64,000 nt of DNA from Gammaproteobacteria bacterium (GTDB taxonomy: Bacteria; Pseudomonadota; Gammaproteobacteria; Steroidobacterales; Rariloculaceae), in assembly GCA_022819855.1 (NCBI GenBank), contig JAJEGN010000005.1, positions 347,061 through 411,060 on the forward strand, written 5' to 3'. Made by a program: the position numbers and the translations under genes. Numbering within the stretch: position 1 is the stretch's first letter; every line of letters begins with the position of its first letter. The notes below the pieces were generated by a model. It was not told the DNA's origin. It searched no databases and saw only the letters and a list, made by a program, of their open reading frames with translations. This document shows, one piece after another, positions 29,563 to 39,848 of the stretch.

Positions 29563-30306
29563 ATGAACGCATGGACGAGAGCGCTCGGCCGCGCAACCCT
29601 GGCCGCGCCCTCGGCGAGTGTCGTGCTCCAGTTCGCCATTCTCGCCGCTGTCTCGATTCTCGCCGGAGCGCGTCTTGAACTCGGGGCCGGCTATCCCGTC
29701 AAGGCACTTGTCGGATTCGCGTTCATTGGCGCGATCGTGATCGTGCAGGCACGCAGGCGCCTGGCCGCAGCGGTCTTCGGAGCGGCCAATCAGATCACTC
29801 TCGGCCGTGCGGCCCTGACGGCACTTCTAATCGGTTTGTTCGGGGAACCCGCAGCGCCCGTTCTTGCCTGGACCGCGCTGGCTGTCGCGATCGCCGTATC
29901 GATTCTCGACGGCGTGGACGGGACGGTCGCCCGCCGACGCGGCGAGGAGTCGGAGTTTGGAGCGCGGTTCGACATGGAGATCGACGCCCTGCTGATCCTG
30001 GTCCTCGCCGTGCTGGCTTTGCAATTCGGCAAGGCCGGTACGTGGGTCCTCGCCGCCGGACTGCTGCGGTACGCATTTGTCGCCGCGGGCGTCGTCGTGC
30101 CGTGGCTCGCTGCGCCGCTGCCGCCGCGCCGGCGACGGCAAGTCGTGTGCGTCGTTCAGATCGTGTCGCTCATCGTCTGTCTCGCACCGGTCATCCCGAC
30201 ACCGTGGAGCGCCATCGCTGCGGCGCTCGGCATCGGCGCACTGACCTGGTCGTTTGCGGTCGATGTGCTGTGGCTGGGTCACAATCGCCGCAGGAGCACG
30301 CAGTGA
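29563..30306 (+). CDS. CDP-alcohol phosphatidyltransferase family protein
   Basis: ANQITLGR, LDGVDGTVARRRGEESEFGARFDMEID (DGxxAR...GxxxD) motif; TM helices. Confidence 0.92.
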   Translation: MNAWTRALGRATLAAPSASVVLQFAILAAVSILAGARLELGAGYPVKALVGFAFIGAIVIVQARRRLAAAVFGAANQITLGRAALTALLIGLFGEPAAPVLAWTALAVAIAVSILDGVDGTVARRRGEESEFGARFDMEIDALLILVLAVLALQFGKAGTWVLAAGLLRYAFVAAGVVVPWLAAPLPPRRRRQVVCVVQIVSLIVCLAPVIPTPWSAIAAALGIGALTWSFAVDVLWLGHNRRRSTQ

Positions 30307-30336
30307 AAGTCCTTACGCCTGGTATCTGTCCGACCG

Positions 30337-30382
30337 GGAGCCTGCGCCGCAGGAAGTCGCGATTTCCCGCGGCGCAGGCTCC
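30337..30382. repeat. 46-bp near-perfect palindrome (REP-like element or terminator)
   Basis: GGAGCCTGCGCCGC / GCGGCGCAGGCTCC perfect 14-bp arms with further internal pairing; related copies at about 5 kb and 36 kb. Confidence 0.8.
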
Positions 30383-30424
30383 TGGGGCAGGATGCCTGTC
30401 GAAGCGTTTGCCGGAGAGCGATCC

Positions 30425-31900
30425 ATGCAAGTTCTGACAGTTCTCGTCTACACGTTCGTCATGATGGTCGGGATCGGCGTGCTCGCGGCCGTGATCCTCT
30501 TCGTCGTCGACATATCCCAGACCCACGACGCGATCCGCCGCAACTTTCCGGTCCTGGGCCGCTTCCGCGGCGTCTTCGAGCACTTGGGCGAGTTCTTCAG
30601 ACAGTATTTCTTCGCGCTCGACCGCGACGAGCTGCCGTTCAACCGCGCCGAGCGCAACTGGGTCTACCGCGCGTCGAAGCAGGGCACCAACACGATCGCT
30701 TTCGGGTCGACGCGCGAACTGCGCCCCGTCGGGACGGTGCTCTACGTCAACAGTGCATGGCCGCTGCTCGAGCAGGATGTCGCCGAGCCTGCAGCGGTGA
30801 CATTCGGACAGGACTGTGAGCAGCCCTATACGACAAACGCGCTCATCAATATTTCCGCGATGAGCTACGGGTCGATCTCGCGGCCGGCCGTTCGGGCGCT
30901 GTCCCGCGGCGCGAAGAGCGCCGGCATCTGGCTCAACACCGGCGAAGGAGGCCTGGCGCCGCATCACCTCGAAGGCGGCTGCGACATCGTGTTCCAGATC
31001 GGTACGGCGAACTACGGGGTTCGCGATACGGAGGGCCGCCTGTCAGACGAGAAACTCGCGGAAGTCGCCGCCCACGAGCAGGTCAGGATGTTCGAACTCA
31101 AGCTCAGTCAGGGCGCCAAGCCCGGCAAGGGCGGCATCCTCCCGGCCGTCAAGGTCACGAATGAAATCGCATCGATCCGCGGCATTCCCGTCCACCAGGC
31201 TTCGATCAGCCCGAACCGGCATCCGGACATCGACAGCGCGGCCGACCTGCTCGACGTCATCGGCCGGATACGCGACGTCACCGGCAAACCCGTCGGCTTC
31301 AAGGCCGTAATCGGAGATTTCGCCTGGCTCGATGAACTCTGCGAGGAGATCCACAAACGCGGTGTCGCGAGCGCTCCGGACTTCATTACCGTCGACGGCG
31401 GCGACGGCGGCAGCGGCGCCGCCCCGATGCCCCTCATGGACAATGTCGGCATGGTCGTTCGCGAAAGCCTGCCGCTGCTCGTCGACCAGCTCATCTCGAG
31501 GGGGCTCCGCGAGCGGATCAGGGTGATCACGAGCGGCAAGCTCATCGTCCCGTCGGAGGCGGCCTGGGCCTACTGCGCCGGCGCCGATTTCGTCACTTCG
31601 GCGCGCGGCTTCATGTTCGCGCTCGGCTGCATTCAGGCCATGCAGTGCAACAGAAACACCTGCCCCACGGGCGTCGCGACCCACAACCGCAGACTGCAAC
31701 GCGGCCTCGATCCCGCCGACAAGTCAGAACGCGTAGCGCGCTACGCCCGGACGATCTCCAGGGAGATCGCCATGATCGCCCACTCCTGCGGAGTCAGCGA
31801 GCCCCGCCAACTCGAACGCCGCCACTGCCGCATCGTCACCGAAACGGGCCGCTCCGTCCCCCTGGACGAAATCTGCCCGCCAGCGGTGGCCCCAGGCTAG
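30425..31900 (+). CDS. FMN-binding glutamate synthase family protein (single domain)
   Basis: [55 protein letters not shown] (3Fe-4S). Confidence 0.92.
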   Translation: MQVLTVLVYTFVMMVGIGVLAAVILFVVDISQTHDAIRRNFPVLGRFRGVFEHLGEFFRQYFFALDRDELPFNRAERNWVYRASKQGTNTIAFGSTRELRPVGTVLYVNSAWPLLEQDVAEPAAVTFGQDCEQPYTTNALINISAMSYGSISRPAVRALSRGAKSAGIWLNTGEGGLAPHHLEGGCDIVFQIGTANYGVRDTEGRLSDEKLAEVAAHEQVRMFELKLSQGAKPGKGGILPAVKVTNEIASIRGIPVHQASISPNRHPDIDSAADLLDVIGRIRDVTGKPVGFKAVIGDFAWLDELCEEIHKRGVASAPDFITVDGGDGGSGAAPMPLMDNVGMVVRESLPLLVDQLISRGLRERIRVITSGKLIVPSEAAWAYCAGADFVTSARGFMFALGCIQAMQCNRNTCPTGVATHNRRLQRGLDPADKSERVARYARTISREIAMIAHSCGVSEPRQLERRHCRIVTETGRSVPLDEICPPAVAPG

Positions 31901-33471
31901 CTCGCGTGATGACTCAGGTCGTCGGGATTGAGCAGATCCGGCACGGTCCAGCCGTCGAGGTCGTATTCGGCCAGGCACTGATCGGCGAAGCCCATCATGC
32001 GTTCGGCCTCGCCGGACGCCATCGAACCGAAGAGCGCATAACGCCGGATCTCCTCGGTCGAGCCGCTGTAGTTGATCTCGTAGAGCTCATGCCGGCCACC
32101 GAACTCCGTACCGACCGCATCCCAGAGCAGCTTCATGAGCTTGACGCGCGCTTCTGCGTCGTAGCCGTTGGAGCCGCGCAGGTAGCGGTCGATGTACGTG
32201 CGAATCTCCGGGTTCCTGAAGTCCTTGGCGTGCGAATTCAGGTAGATGAGCCCTGAGGCGCAGGCCTGCTCGATGATGTACTTGATCTTCGGATAGGCGA
32301 TCGGCGCGAGCACCTGGTAGGCGCTGGCAGACCCCGGGTTCGGCAGCACGTAGTCGTCAACCCAGGGCACGGGGTTGCGGACCATGGCCTCGCTCAGCGA
32401 CCAGAACATGTTGCGCCAGGCGATGACCTCGCCGACATGTGCCTGAACGCCGCGGAAGTCCTTCGTTCCGGCCGCCTCGACGGCCTTGAGCAGGCAGCCG
32501 GCGATGAAGTCGAGCTTCACTGAGAGGCGCGTGCAGCCGTGCAGCATGGCGCGCGGAAGGAAGCCCGTCCGCGGGAAGAAGTTGTTGGCGCCGTCGACAT
32601 CGGCGTAGATGAAGACGTTTTCCCAGGGGATCAGCACGTCGTCGAGCACGAAGATCGTGTCGTTCTCGTCGACGCGGCTCGACAGCGGGTAGTCGAACGG
32701 GCTGCCCATGACCGTGGCCATCATTTCGTAGGACGGACGGCACAGGAACTTCACGCCCGGGGAGTTCGAGGGAACCATGAACACGCAGGCGAAGGACTTG
32801 TCCTGCACGGGGATCAGGCCGTGATGCGCGACGAAGGTGTAGTTCGTCAGCGCCGAACCCGTCGCGACGACCTTGGCGCCGGAGACGATGATGCCGGCGT
32901 CGGTTTCCTTCCTGACGTGGACGCAGACGTCCTTGATCTCGTTCGGCGGCCGGTTGCGGTCGATCGGCGGATGGATGATCGCGTGGTTGACGAAGGCGAC
33001 GCGTTCCTGGCAGTAGCGGTACCAGCGCTGTGCATTTTCCGGATGCGTGTAGAACGCGGAGTTCGCGCCGAGCGTGGCGAGAAACGCGGCCTTGTAGTCC
33101 GGCGAACGGCCGAGCCAGCCGTAGGTCAGCCGCTGCCAGTTCGCGATGGCGTCACGTCCGGCGATGGCCTCCTCTACGGACTTCGGCGCCTTGAAGTAAG
33201 CGTGGGTCTTGCCGCCGTTGCCCGTGTCGGTGTCGACGAGGTACTTGTCCTGTTGCTCCGGATCGTGCAGGGCATCGTAGTGTCGGGCGAGCATCCGGGC
33301 GGAGTTGCGGAACGCCGGGTGCGTCGTGATCCTGTCGACCTTCTCGCCGTAGATGTAGATCTCGCGGCCGTCGTCGATCGATTCGAGATACTCCGCTCCC
33401 GTCATCGGGCTCGAGTTTTCGACGCTGGCCGTCGCTTCGGCGCTTGCCGAGGACACCTGTGGTGTTGCCAT
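31897..33471 (-). CDS. Two-component flavin-dependent aromatic monooxygenase, oxygenase subunit (HpaB/phenol hydroxylase type)
   Basis: [66 protein letters not shown]. Confidence 0.92.
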   Translation of the reverse strand: MATPQVSSASAEATASVENSSPMTGAEYLESIDDGREIYIYGEKVDRITTHPAFRNSARMLARHYDALHDPEQQDKYLVDTDTGNGGKTHAYFKAPKSVEEAIAGRDAIANWQRLTYGWLGRSPDYKAAFLATLGANSAFYTHPENAQRWYRYCQERVAFVNHAIIHPPIDRNRPPNEIKDVCVHVRKETDAGIIVSGAKVVATGSALTNYTFVAHHGLIPVQDKSFACVFMVPSNSPGVKFLCRPSYEMMATVMGSPFDYPLSSRVDENDTIFVLDDVLIPWENVFIYADVDGANNFFPRTGFLPRAMLHGCTRLSVKLDFIAGCLLKAVEAAGTKDFRGVQAHVGEVIAWRNMFWSLSEAMVRNPVPWVDDYVLPNPGSASAYQVLAPIAYPKIKYIIEQACASGLIYLNSHAKDFRNPEIRTYIDRYLRGSNGYDAEARVKLMKLLWDAVGTEFGGRHELYEINYSGSTEEIRRYALFGSMASGEAERMMGFADQCLAEYDLDGWTVPDLLNPDDLSHHAS

Positions 33472-33714
33472 TCGATTCTCCCAGGCTGATTTGCTGCTCA
33501 GTCCACGGGCCGGCAGGATGCGGCCACGCGCTTGTTGTTGGGCAGAAGGATAGGCGAATGTGGGCGCGCGTGCATCAATCGGCTCGCGAGACAATGCTTT
33601 ATGATGCGCCCCGGAGATACCTGCGATCGATACGCTGAGCCGGCACGGCAGAGCTACAGGCTCGGCGGATCGAATAGCCGGACATCCAACTCATGACGAA
33701 CAAGAGGCAGTGAA

Positions 33715-35277
33715 ATGAGTTCAAACACCAGTGCCGGAAACGGCGCAGCGAACGACGTCCATGTCAGAACCGGGGCTGACTACCTCAAGGCGCTCGACGA
33801 TGGCCGCCGGGTTTTCGTCAACGGTCAGCAGATCGAGAACGTCGCAACGCACCCGCTGACGCGGGACTACGCTAACACCGTCGCTTCCTGGTACGACGCG
33901 CATCACGATCCGGAGTACCGGGACATCATGACGTTCGTGGACGAGGACGGCGTGCGCCGCGCGAAGACATGGCTTCTGCACACCAGCAAGGAAGGACTCG
34001 ACTCCAGGCGCATATACCACGACACCGTTTGCAGGATGTTCGGCCGCTCGTTCTTCGGGCGAATGCCGGACGTCAACAACGCCATTTTTCTGACTTACAT
34101 CGATGACCCTGCGCCGTGGGAAGAAAACACGCGCGGCTACGATGCGACCGGGTTTGCAGACAACATTCGCAACTTCTGGGCGAAGATGGTCGACGAGGAC
34201 ATCAACCTGGCGCCGGCGGTGATCGATCCCCCGGTCGATCGTTCACGACCCGAGGCGGAGGCGGAATCGCCCAACTGCCGCGTCGTCGAATACCGCGACG
34301 ACGGCATCGTGATCGATGGCGTCAAGGCGGTGGCCACCGGGACCATATTCGCCGACTGGCTCATGGTGGGCGTGTTCTGGCGTCCCGGCATGCCGGACGA
34401 CCAGGTCATGTATCTCGTGATGCCGGTGAACACGAAGGGCGTCACGCTGCTGTCACGCGAGTGCCTGTCGCGCCCGGACGTGTCCGAGGAAGAGCACCCG
34501 CTGATCGGTCAGGGCGACGAGCTCGACAACTCGATCGTCTTCGACAAGGTATTCGTGCCGCGCAAGTACATCTTTCACCTGGGTAATCCGGACCATGCGA
34601 TGTACTATCCGCAGCGTCTGTTCGATTGGCTGCACTGGATCGATCTGATCCGGTTCGGGGTCAAGACGGAGCTGATGGCGGGCCTGGCCCTGCTGGTCGG
34701 CGACGGTTCCGGGCTGCTCAAGATTCCCGCCACCGCAAGCCGCATTGCGGACGTCATCCGCTTCCGCGAGACCATTCGCGCCTTCCGTGTCGCCGCGGAG
34801 GCCACCGGGTTCATGTCGCCCGGTGGCATGTACAAGCCCAACAACATTCAGCTCGATTTCGGGCGCGCGTTCTACCAGGAGCATTCGAAGGACATCATCA
34901 ACGAGCTGCTCGACCTCAGCGGCCGCAGCGCGATCATCCAGCCGGCGGCCAGCGACTTCGGCGAGTTCGGCGATCTGCTCGACACGATGTTGCGCGGCGC
35001 CTGGGACGACGGCAAGCAACGCCTCAAGGTGTTTCGTGTCATCCGCGACATGTTTCTCAGTGACTGGGGCGACCGCGGCCGGATGTTCGACCAGTTCAAC
35101 GGAACGCCGCTCAACACGATCCGCATTCTGACCATGCACCGTACGGAGTTTCACCCCAACGGGCCGATGACCGCGTTCGCCCGCGAAGTCTGCGGTATTC
35201 CCCTGGTCGAAGGGCAGGGCACGGTGAAAGAACACGTGGCCGCATACGTCAAGGCGCAGGACGTCAAGACTGACTGA
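33715..35277 (+). CDS. Two-component flavin-dependent monooxygenase, TftD/TcpA/HadA-like (halophenol/nitrophenol) clade
   Basis: RTGADYLKALDDGR, NVATHPLTRDYA, TFVDEDGVRR, GVKAVATG, QGDELD, YPQRLFDW, FNGTP; these motifs match TftD as I recall it. Confidence 0.85.
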   Translation: MSSNTSAGNGAANDVHVRTGADYLKALDDGRRVFVNGQQIENVATHPLTRDYANTVASWYDAHHDPEYRDIMTFVDEDGVRRAKTWLLHTSKEGLDSRRIYHDTVCRMFGRSFFGRMPDVNNAIFLTYIDDPAPWEENTRGYDATGFADNIRNFWAKMVDEDINLAPAVIDPPVDRSRPEAEAESPNCRVVEYRDDGIVIDGVKAVATGTIFADWLMVGVFWRPGMPDDQVMYLVMPVNTKGVTLLSRECLSRPDVSEEEHPLIGQGDELDNSIVFDKVFVPRKYIFHLGNPDHAMYYPQRLFDWLHWIDLIRFGVKTELMAGLALLVGDGSGLLKIPATASRIADVIRFRETIRAFRVAAEATGFMSPGGMYKPNNIQLDFGRAFYQEHSKDIINELLDLSGRSAIIQPAASDFGEFGDLLDTMLRGAWDDGKQRLKVFRVIRDMFLSDWGDRGRMFDQFNGTPLNTIRILTMHRTEFHPNGPMTAFAREVCGIPLVEGQGTVKEHVAAYVKAQDVKTD

Positions 35278-35407
35278 GGCCGGAGTGCGGGAATCGCCGA
35301 CCGGGGAATCGTGTTGTTGATTGCCTCGCTGGTAAGCGGTAGCTTGTTTCGCATTGATTTCGGTGCGGCCATCGCCTGGCGTGGATGGCCGATGAGGGCG
35401 GGCAGCG

Positions 35408-36034
35408 ATGCGTAGCAGAACGGTTGCGAAACGGCGGCTCCCGGTGACGACTCTGGTCGCGGCGCTTGCCGTAGCGGCCCCGGTACCCGGTTTGGCGCAA
35501 GGCGGCGACGCGTCCGCCGAACACGAAGCCCACCATCACGAGCCCGCGCCTGCGTTGCCGTCGAGCGACGTGCTCGGCGACATCCTCATCGATTTCTCGC
35601 TCGTCGATGGCGACGGCCGCGTCATGAGTGACGAGGACTTTCGCGGCCGCTACATGCTGATGGGCTACGGATTCACGCGCTGCACCGATGTCTGCCCGCT
35701 CATGGCTGCAAACATGGCCATGGCGCTGCGCGCGACGGAGCAGGACGCGGTGGGGATCTTCGTCAGCGTCGATACGGAACGCGACGATCCGCAGCGAACT
35801 CACGCTTATGCGTCGGCGTTCAGCGAGCGCATGATCGGTCTCGGCGGGACTCATGAGCAGGTCGCTGCCGCCGCCCGCAATTTCAAGGTCAGCTTCGCCG
35901 TGACGAAGACCCAGTCGGGCTATACCGTGCAGCATTCGAGCCATCTGTTCCTCGTCGATCCCGACGGCGAGCTGCTCGACGTATTCGCGCTCAACGCGAA
36001 CCCGAACCTCATCGCAGAAGCGATGAGCCGCTAG
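35408..36034 (+). CDS. SCO1/SenC copper-binding protein
   Basis: GFTRCTDVCP (CxxxC), SVDTERD, VQHSSHLFLVDPDG. Confidence 0.93.
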   Translation: MRSRTVAKRRLPVTTLVAALAVAAPVPGLAQGGDASAEHEAHHHEPAPALPSSDVLGDILIDFSLVDGDGRVMSDEDFRGRYMLMGYGFTRCTDVCPLMAANMAMALRATEQDAVGIFVSVDTERDDPQRTHAYASAFSERMIGLGGTHEQVAAAARNFKVSFAVTKTQSGYTVQHSSHLFLVDPDGELLDVFALNANPNLIAEAMSR

Positions 36035-36072
36035 TCGGCCGCGCAGGAACTCCGCAACGCATGCAGCCGTAA

Positions 36073-36086
36073 TTCCTGCGGCGCAG
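36073..36086. repeat. Arm of the same REP-like family
   Basis: TTCCTGCGGCGCAG is the exact reverse complement of 30342-30355; GCAGGAA partner arm at about 36043. Confidence 0.55.
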
Positions 36087-36216
36087 ACAGCCGTGCTGCG
36101 CGGTCGTGCAGACCTTCGGCGGCCGCCGCACGCGTGTTACTATCCGCCGACTCGGGGCCGGTCCGATTCCGGGCGCCCGACGAACGAACAAGACTTCCAA
36201 AACGGAGGGGGTTTCC

Positions 36217-37224
36217 ATGAGCATCAGGTACATTCTCTTGACCGTGGCGGGAGCGTTTCTGCTCACGGCGTGCGGATCGGAAATGGCAGAAGCGCCGGCC
36301 CCCGAAGCCCCGCCCGCTGCGGAGGAAGCCGCTCCGGCCGCCGAGCCCGCCGCGGAACCCGCCGGCGACGGCGGACTGCCGGCCAGAATCGTCGCCGAGC
36401 GCGGCGGCTTCATCCCCGAGGGCGTCGAATACGACCAGGCCAACGACCGCCTGCTCACCGGTTCGATCGCCGAGGGCACGATCTTCGAGATTCACGCCGA
36501 CGGCAGCATGACGGCGGCCGTCAGCGACCCGGAACTCGGCGCGACGATCGGCATCGAGGCCGATGAACCGCGCGACCGACTGCTCGTCGCCAATTCCGGC
36601 GGCTTCGGCGAGGCGCCGGGCCGGGCAATGCTCGGCGTCTTCAGCCTGACGACCGGCGAGCGCATCGCGATGGTGGATCTCATGGCGACGCTCGGCGAAC
36701 TGCCGGAGGGCGCAAGCGTTTTCGCGAACGACGTCACCGTGGCCGATGACGGCACGGTCTTCGCGACCGACACCCGCATGAACGTCGTCTACCAGGTGGA
36801 CGGCGACTACAACGCCTCGGTCATGCACGCCTTCGAGGGGATCGAAGGCATGGCGCTCAACGGACTCGTCCATCATCCGGACGGCTATCTGCTCGTTGCG
36901 GACCTCGGCAACGGCGGCATCTACAGGATCCCGGTCGACGATCCCGCGGCCGCGAGCGAAGTGTCGCTGCCCGAGCCCATGACCGGCGCCGACGGTCTCG
37001 TCTGGGATTCCGCCGGGAATCTCGTCGTCGTCTCGAACAGCAGCGGGATGATCACGGCGCTGACGAGCGATGACGGCTGGGCTTCGGCCACCATCGCTGC
37101 CGTCGGGCTCTATGAAGGCCAGGCGACGACGGGCGCCGCCGTCGGCGACGACATCTACATCGTGCATCCGTTCTTCCAGGATCCGGAAGCGCTGCCGATC
37201 ATCGAACGCGTCACGTTCCAGTAA
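36217..37224 (+). CDS. SMP-30/gluconolactonase-like beta-propeller lipoprotein
   Basis: Lipobox LTA|C, Ala/Pro/Glu linker, FIPEGV, FANDV, ALNGL, GADGL propeller motifs. Confidence 0.8.
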   Translation: MSIRYILLTVAGAFLLTACGSEMAEAPAPEAPPAAEEAAPAAEPAAEPAGDGGLPARIVAERGGFIPEGVEYDQANDRLLTGSIAEGTIFEIHADGSMTAAVSDPELGATIGIEADEPRDRLLVANSGGFGEAPGRAMLGVFSLTTGERIAMVDLMATLGELPEGASVFANDVTVADDGTVFATDTRMNVVYQVDGDYNASVMHAFEGIEGMALNGLVHHPDGYLLVADLGNGGIYRIPVDDPAAASEVSLPEPMTGADGLVWDSAGNLVVVSNSSGMITALTSDDGWASATIAAVGLYEGQATTGAAVGDDIYIVHPFFQDPEALPIIERVTFQ

Positions 37225-37257
37225 CGGCGGCTTACCGTAAGGCGCAGGCGCGCACTC

Positions 37258-37312
37258 GCATCGTCTCCCCCTTCCCCCGAGCAAGCTCGCCGGGGTCGGG
37301 GGGACAAGATGC
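37258..37312. terminator. Long imperfect hairpin between genes
   Basis: GCATC...TCCCCC / GGGGGA...GATGC arms. Confidence 0.35.
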
Positions 37313-37445
37313 GCTCAATCGCTTCCGAGCGGGACGACGCGCCCGCCCGCGTCGTGGTCCGGCTCGCCTGCCGAAGCACTCGTTCGGCACAACCGGTCAC
37401 GGGTGCGGGCTGCTAGAATCGCCCGTTCCTCCTGCGAAGAAGCCC

Positions 37446-38420
37446 ATGTCCCTGCAACAGAAATTCCTGCGGCTCGAAGCCCACCTGAAGGACCTCGTCG
37501 TGGGTCAGGAGACGCTGCTGACGCGCATGCTGACGGCCCTGCTTTGCGACGGGCATCTGCTCGTCGAAGGCGCGCCCGGCCTCGCCAAGACGCGGGCGAT
37601 CAAGGTGCTTAGCCATGGCGTGGAGGGCGACTTCCACAGGCTGCAGTTCACGCCGGATCTCCTGCCGGCCGATCTCACGGGCACCGAAATCTATCGCCCC
37701 GAGACGGGTTCCTTCGTTTTTCGCCAGGGGCCGCTGTTTCACAATCTCGTGCTCGCCGACGAAGTGAACCGCGCCCCGGCGAAGGTCCAGTCCGCACTGC
37801 TCGAGGCCATGGGCGAACGGCAGATCACGGTGGGGTCGGTGACCTATCCGCTGCCGGAACTCTTCATGGTCATGGCGACGCAGAACCCGATCGAGCAGGA
37901 GGGGACCTACCCGCTGCCCGAGGCCCAACTCGACCGCTTCCTGCTGCATATCATGGTGGACTACCCCGACGCCGACGGCGAGCGTGCGATACTCGATCTG
38001 AATCGCGGCGAGCAGCGCAGGTCGGCGCCCGACGAGGAGCTGTTCAGGGCGGCCGAGCCCTTGTCGCAGGCCGAGGTCATGGCCGCGCGTCTCGAGGTGC
38101 TCGACGTGCATCTCGCCGAGCCGCTCGAGGAGTATCTCGTGCAGATCGTGCTCGCAACGCGCAACGCCGGGCGCTACGGCGACGACCTCGACGGCGTGCT
38201 GCAGTTCGGCGCGAGTCCGCGTGCGACAATCGCACTGGATCGCTGCTCGCGGGCGACGGCGTGGCTCGCCGGGCGCGACTATGTGACTCCCGAGGACATC
38301 CAGGTCATGGCGCACGACATCCTCCGCCACCGGATCCTGATCAGCTTCGAGGCCGAAGCCGCGGGACTTCTGCCGGACGAGTTCGTCGACACGCTGCTCG
38401 AGCGGATCGGGGTGCCGTGA
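37446..38420 (+). CDS. moxR: MoxR-family AAA+ ATPase
   Basis: GAPGLAKT, QFTPDLLPADLTG, LADEVNRAPAKVQSALLEAM, ATQNPIEQEGTYPLPEAQLDRF. Confidence 0.96.
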   Translation: MSLQQKFLRLEAHLKDLVVGQETLLTRMLTALLCDGHLLVEGAPGLAKTRAIKVLSHGVEGDFHRLQFTPDLLPADLTGTEIYRPETGSFVFRQGPLFHNLVLADEVNRAPAKVQSALLEAMGERQITVGSVTYPLPELFMVMATQNPIEQEGTYPLPEAQLDRFLLHIMVDYPDADGERAILDLNRGEQRRSAPDEELFRAAEPLSQAEVMAARLEVLDVHLAEPLEEYLVQIVLATRNAGRYGDDLDGVLQFGASPRATIALDRCSRATAWLAGRDYVTPEDIQVMAHDILRHRILISFEAEAAGLLPDEFVDTLLERIGVP

Positions 38421-39352
38421 TGCTTGCCGCGGCGGTGACAGCCGAACGCTCGCCGGTGCGCGTCGAGCTTCAGGACCTGATCCGGGCAAAACCCGCCGGC
38501 GAATCGATCGGGCTCATGACGCCGCGGGTGCGCGCCTTCGTATCGGGCGGGCACCTGTCGCCGTTCAGGGGGCGCGGCGTGGAATACGACGAGTCGCGGC
38601 CCTACCAGGCGGGCGACGACCTGCGCACGATGGACTGGCGCGTCACGGCGCGCACGGGCAAGCCGTTCACGAAGGTCTTCCGCGAGGAACGCAACCGCCC
38701 CGTGATCGTCTGGCTGGATCTGCGCCGGTCGATGCACTTCGCCACGCGCGGCGCCTACAAGTCGGTGCTCGCCGCCGATGCCGCGGCCCTGATTGCGTGG
38801 AGTGCAGTCGGTAACGGCGATCAGCTCGGCGGTCTCGTGTTTTCCGAATACGAGCACCACGAGCTTCGTCCACGGCTCGGGCATCGAGCTGCGCTGCGGC
38901 TGCTGCAACTGATCGCCGGGAATCCCTGCTGGCGGCCGGCGGGCGCCGATGCGGCGGGCGAGAGCGACATGGAGCATTCGCTGCTCCGCCTGACCAGGGT
39001 TGCACGGCCCGGCAGCATGATGTTCCTGCTCAGCGACTTTCGGGGCTTCGGCGCCGATGACGAAAAGCACGTCAGGCAGCTTGCGAGCCACGGCGACCTG
39101 TACCTCATTCACGTCTTCGATCCCGTGGAAGCCGAACTGCCGCCGCCCGGCCGGTATCGGATACGCAAGGACCGGCGCGCGTTCGCGATCGAGACTTCCG
39201 ATCCGGGGGGGCGTGCCCGCTATCGAGACCGGTTCGCCGCACGCGTGGCGCGCCTGCAGGCACTGTCGCGCCTGCCGGGCGTCAACGTGCTGGATTGTGC
39301 GACGACCGACAAGCCGTTCGACGTACTGACGAAACGGTTCGCGACGAAATGA
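38420..39352 (+). CDS. DUF58 protein (MoxR-associated)
   Basis: GRGVEYDESRPYQAGDDLRTMDWRVTAR, REERNR; ATG overlaps the moxR stop. Confidence 0.92.
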   Translation: MLAAAVTAERSPVRVELQDLIRAKPAGESIGLMTPRVRAFVSGGHLSPFRGRGVEYDESRPYQAGDDLRTMDWRVTARTGKPFTKVFREERNRPVIVWLDLRRSMHFATRGAYKSVLAADAAALIAWSAVGNGDQLGGLVFSEYEHHELRPRLGHRAALRLLQLIAGNPCWRPAGADAAGESDMEHSLLRLTRVARPGSMMFLLSDFRGFGADDEKHVRQLASHGDLYLIHVFDPVEAELPPPGRYRIRKDRRAFAIETSDPGGRARYRDRFAARVARLQALSRLPGVNVLDCATTDKPFDVLTKRFATK

Positions 39353-39359
39353 AGGCGCC

Positions 39360-39845
39360 ATGAACCCGATCGACTTCAGCCAGATTCCACTCCGGGACAT
39401 CCACCTGCCGGGACCCGTGAGCTGGTGGCCGCCGGCCGTCGGCTGGTGGATCTTGGCCCTGCTCGTGATCGCCGGCTGCGTCGTCGCCTGGGTTCATTAC
39501 CGCCGCCACGCGCGCGAGCGCGCCGCGCTCAGGACGTTGCGGTCCGCGCTCAAGGCGCTTGACGACGGCGGGGAGCCGGCGCGTTGCCTGCAGCAGGTTT
39601 CACTGGTCATGAGACGCTTCGCGATGTCGATCGCGGACGCCGCGACGCCGGTCGCCGGGCTTACGGGAGAGCGCTGGCTCGCGTTTCTCGACAGCCGCTG
39701 GGATCGCGACGCGTTCAGCTCCGGCGCCGGCCGGGCGCTGGCCGTCGCGCCCTACCTGCCCGCCGAGCGGGTCATGTACGCCGACGTGCAGGAGCTTGGC
39801 AGCCTGTGCGTGCAGTGGATATCCACCCAGCGGCCGGGGGACTGA
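39360..39845 (+). CDS. DUF4381 membrane protein
   Basis: LRDIHLPGPVSWWPPAVGWW. Confidence 0.88.
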   Translation: MNPIDFSQIPLRDIHLPGPVSWWPPAVGWWILALLVIAGCVVAWVHYRRHARERAALRTLRSALKALDDGGEPARCLQQVSLVMRRFAMSIADAATPVAGLTGERWLAFLDSRWDRDAFSSGAGRALAVAPYLPAERVMYADVQELGSLCVQWISTQRPGD

Positions 39846-39848
39846 GCC

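Noticed and set aside
33571-33607. GCATCA...TGATGC inverted repeat between the monooxygenases as an operator
   Set aside because: Only 6-bp arms with a long spacer; not distinguishable from chance.
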